Shown here: positions 54,069 to 63,802 of the stretch, piece by piece | Position numbering within the stretch: the first letter of the stretch is position 1 | Layout of the letters: each line of letters opens with the position of its first letter | Origin: Patescibacteria group bacterium | Lineage (GTDB): Bacteria; Patescibacteriota; Minisyncoccia; Phycocordibacterales; SBAW01 | NCBI GenBank assembly: GCA_028866155.1 | Contig: JAGWIT010000001.1 | Location: 165 to 64,164 of the forward strand | Reading direction: 5' to 3' | DNA length: 64,000 nt | Made by a program: the position numbers and the translations under genes | The notes under the pieces: generated by a model | The model's input: the letters and a program-made list of their open reading frames with translations, nothing else | Told to the model about the DNA's origin: nothing | The model's database searches: none

Positions 54069-56177
54069 TTAGATGTCCAAGTTTGCGAGCTTGGCGTTGC
54101 CTTGGATAAAGCTTTTGCGCGAGGAGACGTCCTCGCCCATGAGTATGTCAAAGACGCGATCGGCGTCGGCGGCATCGTCGATGTTGACCTGCTTTAAGAC
54201 GCGGCGCGCCGGGTCCATGGTTGTCTCCCACAGCTCCTCGGGGTTCATTTCGCCCAAGCCTTTGTAGCGCTGGATGGAGATTTTAGGTGATTTTTTAGCA
54301 GTCGTTTCTTCTTCTGTTTCCTCATCGCCCTCACCCTCCACAGTTTCAGCGCCGGAGGGGCCTTCTATCGGCTCGACTTCCTGCACTTTGTCGGCGTCTT
54401 TGCCCAAGAGCACGTTTTTCTCCGCGTCCGAGTAGACATAATGTATTTCTTTGCCGCGCTTAATTTTGTAGAGCGGCGGTTGGGCGATATAGACAAAGCC
54501 ACCTTCGATGACCGGCTTGAAGTGGCGGAAGAAGAGCGTGAGCAGGAGCGTGCGGATGTGCGCGCCGTCGACGTCGGCGTCGGTCGCGATGATTATTTTG
54601 TGATAGCGGAGCTTTGAAATATCAAAAATGTCGCCGATGGCTGTGCCAAGCGCGAGTATCAGATGCTTGATTTCTTGCGAAGCGAGCATTTTGTCGAGGC
54701 GCGCACGCTCGACATTGAGGATTTTGCCGCGAAGCGGGAGGATAGCCTGCGTCCTGCGGTCGCGGCCCTGCTTGCTTGAGCCGCCGGCCGAGTCTCCCTC
54801 GACTATGAACAGCTCCGACTCGCTCGCCTCTTTGCTCTGGCAGTCGGCAAGCTTGCCTGGCAGGCCAAAGCCCTCCAAAGCACCCTTGCGTAGGACCGAA
54901 TCTTTGGCGGCTTTGGCGGCTTTGCGCGCTTTGAGCGCGAGGATGGATTTGGAGATGATGGCGCGCGCGTCTTCGGGATTTTCCTCCAAAAACATATTGA
55001 ACGCTTCGCTAAAGACTGTCGCGACCGCGCTCTGCGCCTCGACCGAGCCCAGCTTGCTTTTGGTCTGGCCCTCGAACTGTATTTCGCGCAGTTTTACCGA
55101 GACGACGGCGGTCAAACCCTCGAGCACGTCGTCGCCGGTGAAGTTCTCCTCGGATTCTTTGAGCACATTTGCTTTGCGCGCGTAAGCATTGAGCGTGCGC
55201 GTGAGCGAGGTGCGGAAGCCCGTGATATGCGTGCCGCCTTCGCTGTTGTAGATGTTGTTGGCAAAGGGGAACACGCGCGACGAAATGTCATCGACATATT
55301 GGAGCGCTATTTCGACATCCACGCCGTCCTGCTCCTTCTCTATATAAAAGATATTTTTGTGGATCGGCTTTTGGTAGCGGTTATAAAACGAGATGAGCGA
55401 GCGCAGGCCGCCTTCGAAGTAAAAGGTCTGCGAAGGCGAGTTGCTCAGATAGCCGCGGATATAAAGCTCTTTGCCAACCTCGGTGAATTTTATGCCCGAC
55501 TCGCGCGCGTCGATGATGGTGATGCGCAAGCCTTTGACCAAATAGGCCTGCTCGCGCAGATGTGCCACGACCTTGTCGAAGTCGTACTCTATTTTGTTGA
55601 AGATACCCGGATCGGCCGAGTAGGTGATGACGGTGCCGTGGAGCTTCGAGCTCCCCACTTTTTTGACCGCTGATTTCTTTTTGCCGAGCGCATATTCCTG
55701 CACATAGGCGCCGCCGTCGCGATGCACCTCGGCGCGCAGCCAGCTTGAGAGCGCGTTGACGACCGAAACGCCCACACCGTGGAGGCCTCCCGATACTTTG
55801 TAGCCCTCGCCGCCGAACTTGCCGCCGGCGTGGAGCGTCGTCATCACCGTCTCGAGCGCCGAGACTTTGGTCTGCTTGTGGATGTCTACCGGGATGCCGC
55901 GGCCGTTGTCGGCAACGCGGATAAGTGCTCCTTGCCCTGAGGGATTCGAAGGGTCTGGCAGGAGCACGACTTCGATGTCGTTGGCAAAGCCGCCCATCGC
56001 CTCGTCGCGCGAATTGTCGAAGACCTCCCAGATGAGGTGGTGGAGGCCGTCAGGGCCGGTCGTGCCGATGTACATGCCGGGCCGGCGGCGCACGGCCTCG
56101 AGTCCTTCAAGGACGGTGATGGCCGATGCGTCATAACTGCCTTTTTTTTCTTTATTTTTTAGATCTTTTTCTGCCAC
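54069..56177 (-). CDS. gyrB: DNA gyrase subunit B
   Basis: GHKL ATPase N-terminus (GLHHLIWEVFDNSRDEA), a TOPRIM domain, and a GyrB-type C-terminal tail (LMGEDVSSRKSFIQGNAKLANLDI). Confidence 0.8.
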   Translation of the reverse strand: MAEKDLKNKEKKGSYDASAITVLEGLEAVRRRPGMYIGTTGPDGLHHLIWEVFDNSRDEAMGGFANDIEVVLLPDPSNPSGQGALIRVADNGRGIPVDIHKQTKVSALETVMTTLHAGGKFGGEGYKVSGGLHGVGVSVVNALSSWLRAEVHRDGGAYVQEYALGKKKSAVKKVGSSKLHGTVITYSADPGIFNKIEYDFDKVVAHLREQAYLVKGLRITIIDARESGIKFTEVGKELYIRGYLSNSPSQTFYFEGGLRSLISFYNRYQKPIHKNIFYIEKEQDGVDVEIALQYVDDISSRVFPFANNIYNSEGGTHITGFRTSLTRTLNAYARKANVLKESEENFTGDDVLEGLTAVVSVKLREIQFEGQTKSKLGSVEAQSAVATVFSEAFNMFLEENPEDARAIISKSILALKARKAAKAAKDSVLRKGALEGFGLPGKLADCQSKEASESELFIVEGDSAGGSSKQGRDRRTQAILPLRGKILNVERARLDKMLASQEIKHLILALGTAIGDIFDISKLRYHKIIIATDADVDGAHIRTLLLTLFFRHFKPVIEGGFVYIAQPPLYKIKRGKEIHYVYSDAEKNVLLGKDADKVQEVEPIEGPSGAETVEGEGDEETEEETTAKKSPKISIQRYKGLGEMNPEELWETTMDPARRVLKQVNIDDAADADRVFDILMGEDVSSRKSFIQGNAKLANLDI

Positions 56178-56306
56178 AAAAGTAAAAATCCTCAGGGCAG
56201 GATTTGCCTTTTATTCTATCAGAAATAGAAAGGTTTGGGAAGCTCGCGAGTGGATAAAAAGTATTGCAAAATAAGGATAAAATAGTGCTTTGCGGCCGGG
56301 TGCTTT

Positions 56307-58145
56307 TTACCTGATTTCGAAGCCCTTTTCTTTGAGCGCGGCGGAGATTTTGTCCATAATCGCGTTCACTTCAATTTCGGTGAGCGTGCGGTCGAAGGAT
56401 TGAAAGATGAGGCGGTATGCAACCGACATCCTCCCCTCTTTTTCAAATTTATCAAAATATGTTCCTCCAGATATAAATATTCGAAGCCCAAGTGACTGCG
56501 GCCCAGTAAGCACATCAGTAATTATTGAACCAACACCGTGTTCGTCATAACCTTCTGGCTTCCATAAAGCAATATCACGTACGATATACGGATATTTTGA
56601 GAACGGTTGGTAACGCGTTGCTTGGGAGAGCGGGAGCTCGTCGTAGTATGACCGCTGGTCAAGCGGCTTTTGATAGGAGCTCAGCGGGATTTCTTTTGCC
56701 TCTTCTTTTTCGCCGACGGTGCCGACCATTATCTCTTCTTTGCCGCCCTGCCATACGGCACCTATCTCGAACAGTTTTATTTCCGGCAGATTCAGCAGAT
56801 ATTTATTGGGGATGTTTTTTTGGAGCGCTTCTTTGAGATTCTCGACGAGCGTTGAGCGCAGGTAGGGCTTGGTGCCGTCGACCTTGTTGAGCACGATGCG
56901 CTCGCCTTTGTCAGCAAAAACCGACGTATACACCTCGCTGTACCCTTGCGTCATCAAATCCTCACGGACCTTTTCGCTCCAATAAAAAGCCGGGTTGAGC
57001 TCGGGCTCCATGTCGGCAGGCGGCAATTCTTTGGCGGGAATTTTGTCATATCCGATGATGCGCGCCGCTTCTTCTATAAGATCCTCTTCTATCAAAAGAT
57101 CGAGCCGCTGGAACGGGATCTCAACGGTGACCGTGTCGTCCTGCTTTTGATACTTAAAACCCAGCCGCTCGAACGCGCGGATGATATCGCTCTGTGCGAT
57201 TGAGCTGCCGAGCAGGCGCCGCGCATGCGCGATTGAGAGCGCCACGGCGGAGGGCTTTTGCGGGATATTATACTTATCGACAAAACCTATCAGCTCCCCG
57301 TCGGCGAGTTTTTGTATCAGCTCGGCCACAGCCTGCATGCCAAAGCCCGCCAACTCGGGCGAGAGACCTTGCTCGAAGCGAGCGCTCGCGTCGGTGCGCA
57401 GCTTCAGCGCCTGTGCGGAACGGCGCACCGCAGAGCCGTCAAAATTGGCCGACTCAATGATGATGTCTTTGGTGGTCTCATCAATTGCGGCCGGCATACC
57501 TCCCTTGACTCCCGCTATGCCGACCGGCGCGCCCCCGGCGGTAATAACAGGCATGGAGTCTTTGAGCACGTAGCTTTTCTTGTCGAGCGCCACCACCACC
57601 ACCTCGCCGTCTTTGGCCGCGCGCACGCCGATATCGAGGCTGCCGAGCTTGCCCGCGTCGAACGCATGCAGCGGCTGGCCCAGGTTGAACATCACAAAGT
57701 TGGTCGCATCAACAATGTTATTAATTGAACGCTGACCCACTGCCGTCAGTCTGTCCTGCAGCCACTGCGGCGAAGGCTCGACTTTTACATTTTTAATGTA
57801 GCCGGCAATGTAACGCGGGCACAATTCTGCAGTCTCTATCGAAACAGACACCACATCGGTTTTTGGCAGCAGCGCGGGCTTTTGGGCAAGCGGGTCATGC
57901 GCGAGCGGGATATTGAGTATCGCCGAAAGCTCTCCCGCGACCCCGCGGTGCGAGAGCGCATCGTGCCCGCGGTTGGGGGTTATTTTGACATCAAGCACTT
58001 GATCTTCTATGTTAGACCCACGAGGTCGAACAGTTTCGATACCCTCAATTTCGAATGCATGGAACGTGAGCGCTTCGGCAAGAGCCTCAGCATTTGGCAA
58101 CGCTGTGTCGAAAAATTTAGTGAGCCAGAGGCGCGAGACTTTCAT
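56307..58145 (-). CDS. pheT: Phenylalanyl-tRNA synthetase beta subunit (compact, 612 aa)
   Basis: MKVSRLWLTKFFD N-terminus, a B3/B4 domain, and the class II-like core. It is co-oriented with pheS, adjacent with a 1-nt gap. Confidence 0.8.
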   Translation of the reverse strand: MKVSRLWLTKFFDTALPNAEALAEALTFHAFEIEGIETVRPRGSNIEDQVLDVKITPNRGHDALSHRGVAGELSAILNIPLAHDPLAQKPALLPKTDVVSVSIETAELCPRYIAGYIKNVKVEPSPQWLQDRLTAVGQRSINNIVDATNFVMFNLGQPLHAFDAGKLGSLDIGVRAAKDGEVVVVALDKKSYVLKDSMPVITAGGAPVGIAGVKGGMPAAIDETTKDIIIESANFDGSAVRRSAQALKLRTDASARFEQGLSPELAGFGMQAVAELIQKLADGELIGFVDKYNIPQKPSAVALSIAHARRLLGSSIAQSDIIRAFERLGFKYQKQDDTVTVEIPFQRLDLLIEEDLIEEAARIIGYDKIPAKELPPADMEPELNPAFYWSEKVREDLMTQGYSEVYTSVFADKGERIVLNKVDGTKPYLRSTLVENLKEALQKNIPNKYLLNLPEIKLFEIGAVWQGGKEEIMVGTVGEKEEAKEIPLSSYQKPLDQRSYYDELPLSQATRYQPFSKYPYIVRDIALWKPEGYDEHGVGSIITDVLTGPQSLGLRIFISGGTYFDKFEKEGRMSVAYRLIFQSFDRTLTEIEVNAIMDKISAALKEKGFEIR

Positions 58146-58146
58146 A

Positions 58147-58941
58147 TTAAAATTGGTCGATGAAGCGCAGGTCGGCCGAGTGCATCAGGCGCACGTCGTC
58201 TATGCCCCAGCGCAAGAGCGCCAAGCGGTCGAGTCCCATGCCGAAGGCAAACCCGCGGTAGAGGCTCGGGTCGAGTCCGGAGTTCTCTAACACGTTCGGA
58301 TGCACCATGCCGGCGCCCATCATCTCTATCCATTTGTCGCGCAGCTTCTCCGGCACCTGCTCGCCCACCAAACGCATATCTACCTCGACGCTCGGCTCGG
58401 TGAACGGAAAGAAGCTGGGGCGAAAGCGTATCTCGACCTGCGCAGTTTTGAACAGATCCTTAAAAAAATGTTCGAGCGTACCCTTAAGATGTTCAAGCGT
58501 GATATCTTTGCCGACCGCCAAACCCTCAATTTGAAAAAACTCCGCCTCATGCGTCATGTCAGTCGCCTCGTTGCGGAACACTTTGCCGGGGACGATGACG
58601 CGGTAAGGCGGCGCTATCCCCTTTTTTATCTGCAACTCCATGTAGCGCACCTGCACCGGCGAGGTGTGCGTGCGCAAAACCATCCCCGGCTCATCCTTGA
58701 TAAAGAACGTGTCCTGCATGTCGCGTGCAGGGTGGTCTTTGGGGACATTGAGCGCGTCAAAGTTGTACCACTCGGTCTCAACGAGCGGGCCTTCGGCAAA
58801 CGTGAAGCCCATTTGAAAGAATATCCGGTTGGCCTCGCGGATAAGCGAGGATATGGGGTGGATGTGGCCCAGCTTTTCGGCAGAAAGACCATTAGAAGCA
58901 GTGCGGCGTTCCATCATCGCAGTATAGCCATATTTTAGCAA
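58147..58941 (-). CDS. pheS: Phenylalanyl-tRNA synthetase alpha subunit (compact, no N-terminal coiled coil)
   Basis: Class II motifs (FQMGFTFAEGP, HPARDMQDTFF, GFAFGMGLDRLA). The listed start is a TTG at 58941. ATGs at 58917/58914 are alternatives. Confidence 0.8.
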   Translation of the reverse strand: MLKYGYTAMMERRTASNGLSAEKLGHIHPISSLIREANRIFFQMGFTFAEGPLVETEWYNFDALNVPKDHPARDMQDTFFIKDEPGMVLRTHTSPVQVRYMELQIKKGIAPPYRVIVPGKVFRNEATDMTHEAEFFQIEGLAVGKDITLEHLKGTLEHFFKDLFKTAQVEIRFRPSFFPFTEPSVEVDMRLVGEQVPEKLRDKWIEMMGAGMVHPNVLENSGLDPSLYRGFAFGMGLDRLALLRWGIDDVRLMHSADLRFIDQF

Positions 58942-58944
58942 AAA

Positions 58945-58953
58945 TGGTATAGT
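58945..58953 (+). promoter_or_regulatory. Extended -10 TGgTATAGT 6 nt upstream of ATG 58960 (leaderless)
   Basis: TGGTATAGT at 58945-58953. It lies in an 18-bp divergent spacer shared with pheS. Confidence 0.45.
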
Positions 58954-58959
58954 TCACCC

Positions 58960-60195
58960 ATGGACATCTGGGCTCTGGGCATTTATGCGTCCCTCTTTTT
59001 GAGCCTTTATTTTGAGGTATTTTTGTTCATTTCTTTCTTTGAAAGAAGGCCTTACAAGAAGACACTCTTGAAGCCGCACCGCTACCCCACCGTATCAATG
59101 CTTGTGCCGTGCTTTAACGAAGAGCGAACTCTCGCGCAGACGGTCGACTCTTTGCTCGCGCTCGACTATCCGCAAGAAAAACTCGAGGTCGTCATCGTCG
59201 ATGACGGGTCAACCGACCGGACGCGCGCCATCGGCGAGGAGCTTGCGCGTAAAAATCCGCGGATAACTTTCATCCACAAAGAGAACGGCGGCAAATACAC
59301 GGCGCTCAACCTCGGGATAGAGCGCTCGACGGCGGAGTTGGTCGGATGCCTCGACGCCGACTCGTTCGTAGCACCGGACGCTCTTATCGAGGTGGTGAAG
59401 AGCCTTGAGGCCGACCCCGCCATTATGGCTGTCACGCCCGCGATGAAGGTCTATCGCCCGCGCACGATTTTAGAGGCTATGCAGGCGGTCGAATACACCT
59501 TTGGTATTTTTTATAAAAAAATGTTCGATAATCTGGCCGCGCTCAATGTTTTGCCGGGGCCGTTCTCAATCTACCGCCGCGATGTGTTTAAAAAAATAGG
59601 CCTCTTCCGCCATGCGCACAACACCGAGGACATGGAGATAGCGTTTCGCATGCATGCCAACGGGCTCAAAATAGTCAATGCGCATACGGCGTTCGTCTAC
59701 ACCACGGTGCCCAAAACAGTGCGCGGGCTTATCAAACAGCGCACGCGCTGGTCGCAGGGCTTTTTGCAGAACTCGCGCGACTACAAATATATGTACTTCA
59801 ACCCTCGCTACGGCAACTTCGGGATGCTGGTCCTGCCGCTCGGGCTCTCGGCGTTCGTGGGCGGGATATACACGGCCGGTTATACGCTCTACCGGAGCGC
59901 CAGCTTTGCCTGGATGCGCGTGAGCGACTTGTGGGCGACCGGCATCCCGCCGCACCTGCCGGTCGCGGCAAACTTTACGTGGTACTACATCAACACTAGC
60001 ATGATGGTGTTCCTTATCGTGGCGGTGTTTTGCATGACGATTGCCTCGATAGCGCTCGGACATCGGATAGCCCAGACCGAGCTTAGGGCCAGGTCGTTCG
60101 TATATTATTTTGCGTTGTTCGGATTTATAGCGCCCGTGTGGCTCGCGCGCGCCGCGGTGGGCGCGATGCTCTCGCGGGACGCCTCGTGGCGCTAG
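58960..60195 (+). CDS. Processive family-2 glycosyltransferase (membrane-embedded, QxxRW motif)
   Basis: DDGSTD and DAD(S) motifs, and QRTRWSQG (QxxRW) typical of cellulose/chitin/PNAG-synthase-like processive GT2. N- and C-terminal TM helices. Confidence 0.7.
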   Translation: MDIWALGIYASLFLSLYFEVFLFISFFERRPYKKTLLKPHRYPTVSMLVPCFNEERTLAQTVDSLLALDYPQEKLEVVIVDDGSTDRTRAIGEELARKNPRITFIHKENGGKYTALNLGIERSTAELVGCLDADSFVAPDALIEVVKSLEADPAIMAVTPAMKVYRPRTILEAMQAVEYTFGIFYKKMFDNLAALNVLPGPFSIYRRDVFKKIGLFRHAHNTEDMEIAFRMHANGLKIVNAHTAFVYTTVPKTVRGLIKQRTRWSQGFLQNSRDYKYMYFNPRYGNFGMLVLPLGLSAFVGGIYTAGYTLYRSASFAWMRVSDLWATGIPPHLPVAANFTWYYINTSMMVFLIVAVFCMTIASIALGHRIAQTELRARSFVYYFALFGFIAPVWLARAAVGAMLSRDASWR

Positions 60196-60208
60196 CCTAT
60201 TTTGCTTT

Positions 60209-60895
60209 ATGACTTGGCAGAGATACTTTATTGCGTTCGTGATTACCGCGGCAATCTTTGGCACCGCTTTTTATATCGCCTCTAGGATAGACTCTGCGCG
60301 CATCGCCGACATCCGCTCGACCGAAGAAAATATTTCTATCGATATTCTCTCGTCTGAAACGCAATTCGAATTGCTCGGCAACCTCGACTGCCAGACGCTC
60401 TCCCAAAACTCGGGGCTTTCCGACGAGCTTAACTCTATAGCAAGTCAGCTCTCGGTGGCCGAGAGCAACTTAGGGAGCGACAACCCCGAAGTGCTCCAGC
60501 TTAAAGAACAATACTCGCTGTTTGAGATAAAAGATTATCTCCTGCTCCAAAGCATCTCGCAAAAGTGCGGCATCAAGCCGGTGTATATCCTCTATTTTTA
60601 TTCAAATGAGGGCAACTGTCCCGACTGCTCGCGCGCGGGCGACGTGCTCACCTATCTGCGGGAGACCTACCCGGGTCTGCGCGTCTATTCGTTCGACTAT
60701 AACCTCGACCTCTCGGCCTTAAAGACGCTCGAGTCATTGCGCAAAGTGCAGGTCAATGCTCAGAACCAACTGCCTGCGTTCGTTATCAACAACCGAGCGC
60801 CGGCCTATGGCTTTAAAGACCTCGCGGGCATGCAAACCCTCATTCCCGAACTAAAAACGCTCGCCACCTCGACGGCAACGAGCACGAGACAATAA
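60209..60895 (+). CDS. Membrane-anchored hypothetical protein with a thioredoxin-like CPDC motif
   Basis: N-terminal TM helix. ILYFYSNEGNCPDCSRAG resembles a Trx-fold active-site strand plus CxxC. Confidence 0.35.
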   Translation: MTWQRYFIAFVITAAIFGTAFYIASRIDSARIADIRSTEENISIDILSSETQFELLGNLDCQTLSQNSGLSDELNSIASQLSVAESNLGSDNPEVLQLKEQYSLFEIKDYLLLQSISQKCGIKPVYILYFYSNEGNCPDCSRAGDVLTYLRETYPGLRVYSFDYNLDLSALKTLESLRKVQVNAQNQLPAFVINNRAPAYGFKDLAGMQTLIPELKTLATSTATSTRQ

Positions 60896-60906
60896 CAAAA
60901 AATCGG

Positions 60907-60979
60907 AGCCACCGCGAGGAATCGAACCCCGGACCAACGCTTTACAAAAGCGCCGCTCTACCAACTGAGCTACGGTGGC
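60907..60979 (-). tRNA. tRNA-Thr (anticodon UGU)
   Basis: Reverse complement: GCCACCG-TA-GCTC-AGTTGGTA-GAGC-G-GCGCT-TTTGTAA-AGCGT-TGGTC-CGGGG-TTCGATT-CCTCG-CGGTGGC-T. This gives a 7-bp acceptor stem, a D arm, an anticodon stem-loop with TGT, and a T arm with GTTCGATTCC. CCA is not encoded. Confidence 0.85.
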
Positions 60980-61387
60980 CTATTCTTCAACTATAGTGTT
61001 GCGGGAGCGATGAATCAACTTCTTTTTGTGGTCGGCAACCTCGCGCAAAAATGCGGACGCTTCGCCGGGCTCCCGCGGCGGCCCGGTCTTCTCGCGCACG
61101 GTGTGGAGTACCTTCTCAAGGGTGCGCTCGAACCACAGCACGCTCTGCGCCACAAAACGGTGAGCTAAAACGCGCAAGGTCTGTCCGGCGCGTGCAAGCT
61201 GCTCGCGCACGAGCGCGGGGATGATCTTCCCGGCCCACAGGAGCGTCCGCGAAACAAACGTCCCGACCAGGGGGCGCACCCCCGACAGCACCACGCGGCC
61301 GGTCGCGAGCTCGTAGCGCTTGAGCCAGAGCATGGCGACCATGCCGGCTATTGAGAGCGCGAGCAGAACGGTGAAGAAAAGCACCAT
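60980..61387 (-). CDS. Membrane-anchored hypothetical protein (135 aa)
   Basis: N-terminal TM helix. It lies between tsf and tRNA-Thr. Confidence 0.3.
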   Translation of the reverse strand: MVLFFTVLLALSIAGMVAMLWLKRYELATGRVVLSGVRPLVGTFVSRTLLWAGKIIPALVREQLARAGQTLRVLAHRFVAQSVLWFERTLEKVLHTVREKTGPPREPGEASAFLREVADHKKKLIHRSRNTIVEE

Positions 61388-61401
61388 AGCGCAAGTATAT
61401 C

Positions 61402-61854
61402 TTATTTGACGGCAAAAACGGAGAAGTCGGTTACTTCGATGCGTTCGCCGAACTTTTGCACCGCGCCGGAGAGAAGATCGCCTATGGTTTTGCCGGGGTC
61501 TTTGATGAACTGCTGCTGCATCAACTCTTCTTTATTTGCCGGGCGCATGGCCGAGGCATGCATCGCAATGTCGCGCGCCAGGCTCGCAAACTCCTCATTT
61601 TTTGAGACGAAATCGGTCTCGCACATAAGCAGCAGCATGGCGCCCACTTGCGCGCCCGCATGCACGTATGCCGCGACCGTGCCGGCGCCCAACTCGCGGC
61701 CGGCTTTTTTAGCGGCAGAGACCAAAGAGCGTTCTTTTAATATCTCAAGCGCGCGGGTCTCATCGCCCTCGGCCTCGGTCAGCGCTTTTTTGCACTCCAT
61801 GACGGAGACGCCCGTCTTGTCCCTTAATTGTTTAACTTGTTCACTCGTTATCAT
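61402..61854 (-). CDS. tsf: Elongation factor Ts (short form)
   Basis: N-terminal UBA-like motif ITSEQVKQLRDKTGVSVMECKKAL. It sits downstream of rpsB. The start is ATG 61854. Confidence 0.8.
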   Translation of the reverse strand: MITSEQVKQLRDKTGVSVMECKKALTEAEGDETRALEILKERSLVSAAKKAGRELGAGTVAAYVHAGAQVGAMLLLMCETDFVSKNEEFASLARDIAMHASAMRPANKEELMQQQFIKDPGKTIGDLLSGAVQKFGERIEVTDFSVFAVK

Positions 61855-61855
61855 T

Positions 61856-62605
61856 TTAATGAACCGGTGCTGCCTCCGGCGCGGCGGCTGCGGTTGCCGG
61901 CACAGCGCCAAGATTGTCGGCATAGCTTCTCGCCGCTTCGTCGAGCACATAGGTGATGACCTGGACTGAGGCGTCATTGGCGGGGATGGGGTAGGTCACG
62001 AGCGAGCGGTCGCAATCGGAGTTCATGAGCGCGACCACGGGAATGTTGAGCTGGCGCGCTTCGGCAACGGCGCCGCTCTCCTGCCGCGGATCGACGATGA
62101 ACAAAACGTCGGGCACGCGCGCCATGCCTTTGAGGCCGCCGAACATGCGCTCAAGTTCCTGCGCCTCTCGGTCGATGAGCAGACGCTCGTGCTTGGTGAA
62201 CTTGGCTATCTCGCCCGAGGCGTGCATGTCGGATATTTCGCTGAGGCGGTTGAGGCGCTTTTTAATTTCGCTAAAATTAGTGAGCGAGCCGCCTATCCAG
62301 CGCGACGCGACATAGGGCTGACCTATGCGCTCGGCGGCGCGCTTGATTGCCTCGCGGGCCTCGGCCTTGCCGCCGATGAATAATATGACCTTGCGCTCTG
62401 CGGCCATCTTTTTAATAAACTCGAGTGCGGCCTCCAGGCACCCGGCGGTTTGCTCCAGGTCAAAAAGCTCGGTGCCGCCTTTGGCGCCGAAGATAAAAGC
62501 CGATGTGGATGGATGTCGGCGGCTCTGCGCATAGCCGAAGTGCGCGCCGACAGAAAACAGCTTGTCTATGACGGTTTTATTGTTGGTTTTAGAATCCATA
62601 TTCAA
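61856..62605 (-). CDS. rpsB: 30S ribosomal protein S2
   Basis: LFSVGAHFGYAQSRRHP and VDPRQESGAVAEARQLNIPVVAL S2 motifs. Confidence 0.85.
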   Translation of the reverse strand: MNMDSKTNNKTVIDKLFSVGAHFGYAQSRRHPSTSAFIFGAKGGTELFDLEQTAGCLEAALEFIKKMAAERKVILFIGGKAEAREAIKRAAERIGQPYVASRWIGGSLTNFSEIKKRLNRLSEISDMHASGEIAKFTKHERLLIDREAQELERMFGGLKGMARVPDVLFIVDPRQESGAVAEARQLNIPVVALMNSDCDRSLVTYPIPANDASVQVITYVLDEAARSYADNLGAVPATAAAAPEAAPVH

Positions 62606-62651
62606 GAAAAAATGCCCCTCTGGGGACGCTTAGAATGTAGCATGGCGGGGC

Positions 62652-63542
62652 TCACGACGCAACCTCCTCTTGTGCCGCTTCAAGCGCATCTAAAACCGGC
62701 CCGAGGTTGCCGGCCAAAATGCCCGGCAAATTGTGCCAGCTCTCTTTGAGCCGGTGGTCGGTCAGGCGGTCTTGCAGGCTGTTGTAGGTGCGGATCTTCT
62801 CGCTACGGTCGCCGGTGCCAATTTGACCTTTGCGCAGTTCGGCGTGTTTTTTTGCCTCCTCTTCTTCCTGCAGGGCCTCGAGCTTGGCCATGAGCACGGC
62901 CATCGCGCGCTCGCGGTTGGCGTTCTGCGAGCGCTCCTCCTGCGAGCGCGCCTCAAGGCCGGTCGGGCGGTGGACCAAACGCACGGCCGTCTCGACCTTG
63001 TTGACGTTTTGGCCGCCGGCGCCGCCCGCGCGCGAAAACTCCATGTCGATGTCGGCCGGATTTAAATCAAATTTGTGTTTTTTGCGGATGGGCAAAATAG
63101 CGACCGATGCGGTCGAGGTGTGGATGCGGCCGGATTTCTCGGTCGCGGGTACGCGCTGTATCCGGTGCACGCCGGTCTCAAAGCGCAGGCGCTTGTAGAC
63201 GCCGAGGCCCTTTATCTCGAACGCGGCCTCTTTGTAGCCGCCGAGGTCGGTCTTGCTCTCATACAGCGTGCGGACATGCCATACCTGCTGTGCCGCATAG
63301 GCGCGATACATCGTGGCCAATTGCTCGGCAAACAAAGCCGCCTCTTCGCCGCCGGCGCCCGCGCGCACCTCGAGCACCGCCTCGTTGGGGAATTCTTCGC
63401 TCCCCTCTTCTTCTTTCAGAATGGCATCCATTTGGGTAATGAGCTCCTGCCTATCCGACTCGTTGCTCAAATATTGCAACGTGGCCGCCATGTAGGCGGT
63501 CTTGGGGTTGCTTTTGTAGCGGGAGAGGTCCGCCTCGTTCAT
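62652..63542 (-). CDS. prfA: Peptide chain release factor 1 (short N-terminal domain)
   Basis: PAT tripeptide ([14 protein letters not shown]) and GGQ motif ([20 protein letters not shown]). Confidence 0.8.
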   Translation of the reverse strand: MNEADLSRYKSNPKTAYMAATLQYLSNESDRQELITQMDAILKEEEGSEEFPNEAVLEVRAGAGGEEAALFAEQLATMYRAYAAQQVWHVRTLYESKTDLGGYKEAAFEIKGLGVYKRLRFETGVHRIQRVPATEKSGRIHTSTASVAILPIRKKHKFDLNPADIDMEFSRAGGAGGQNVNKVETAVRLVHRPTGLEARSQEERSQNANRERAMAVLMAKLEALQEEEEAKKHAELRKGQIGTGDRSEKIRTYNSLQDRLTDHRLKESWHNLPGILAGNLGPVLDALEAAQEEVAS

Positions 63543-63764
63543 CTACTTTGATTTCTTCTTAGTCGCGGCGGCGCGGCGCGCCTTAAACTTCTCAACACGT
63601 CCGGCGGTGTCGAGGATCTTGTCGTTGCCGGTGTAGAACGGATGGCAGTTGGAGCAGATTTCAACCTCCAATTTTTCTTTAGTAGAGCCAACGGTAAAGA
63701 CACGCCCGCATGCGCAGGTGACCTTGGCCTCAGGGAAGTAGGTCGGGTGCATATCCGTTTTCAT
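63543..63764 (-). CDS. rpmE: 50S ribosomal protein L31
   Basis: [23 protein letters not shown]...[10 protein letters not shown] zinc-ribbon L31 signature. The start is ATG 63764. Confidence 0.8.
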   Translation of the reverse strand: MKTDMHPTYFPEAKVTCACGRVFTVGSTKEKLEVEICSNCHPFYTGNDKILDTAGRVEKFKARRAAATKKKSK

Positions 63765-63802
63765 GGCTGCATTATAGCATCGAAAATTGCGGCGTGCAAC
63801 TA

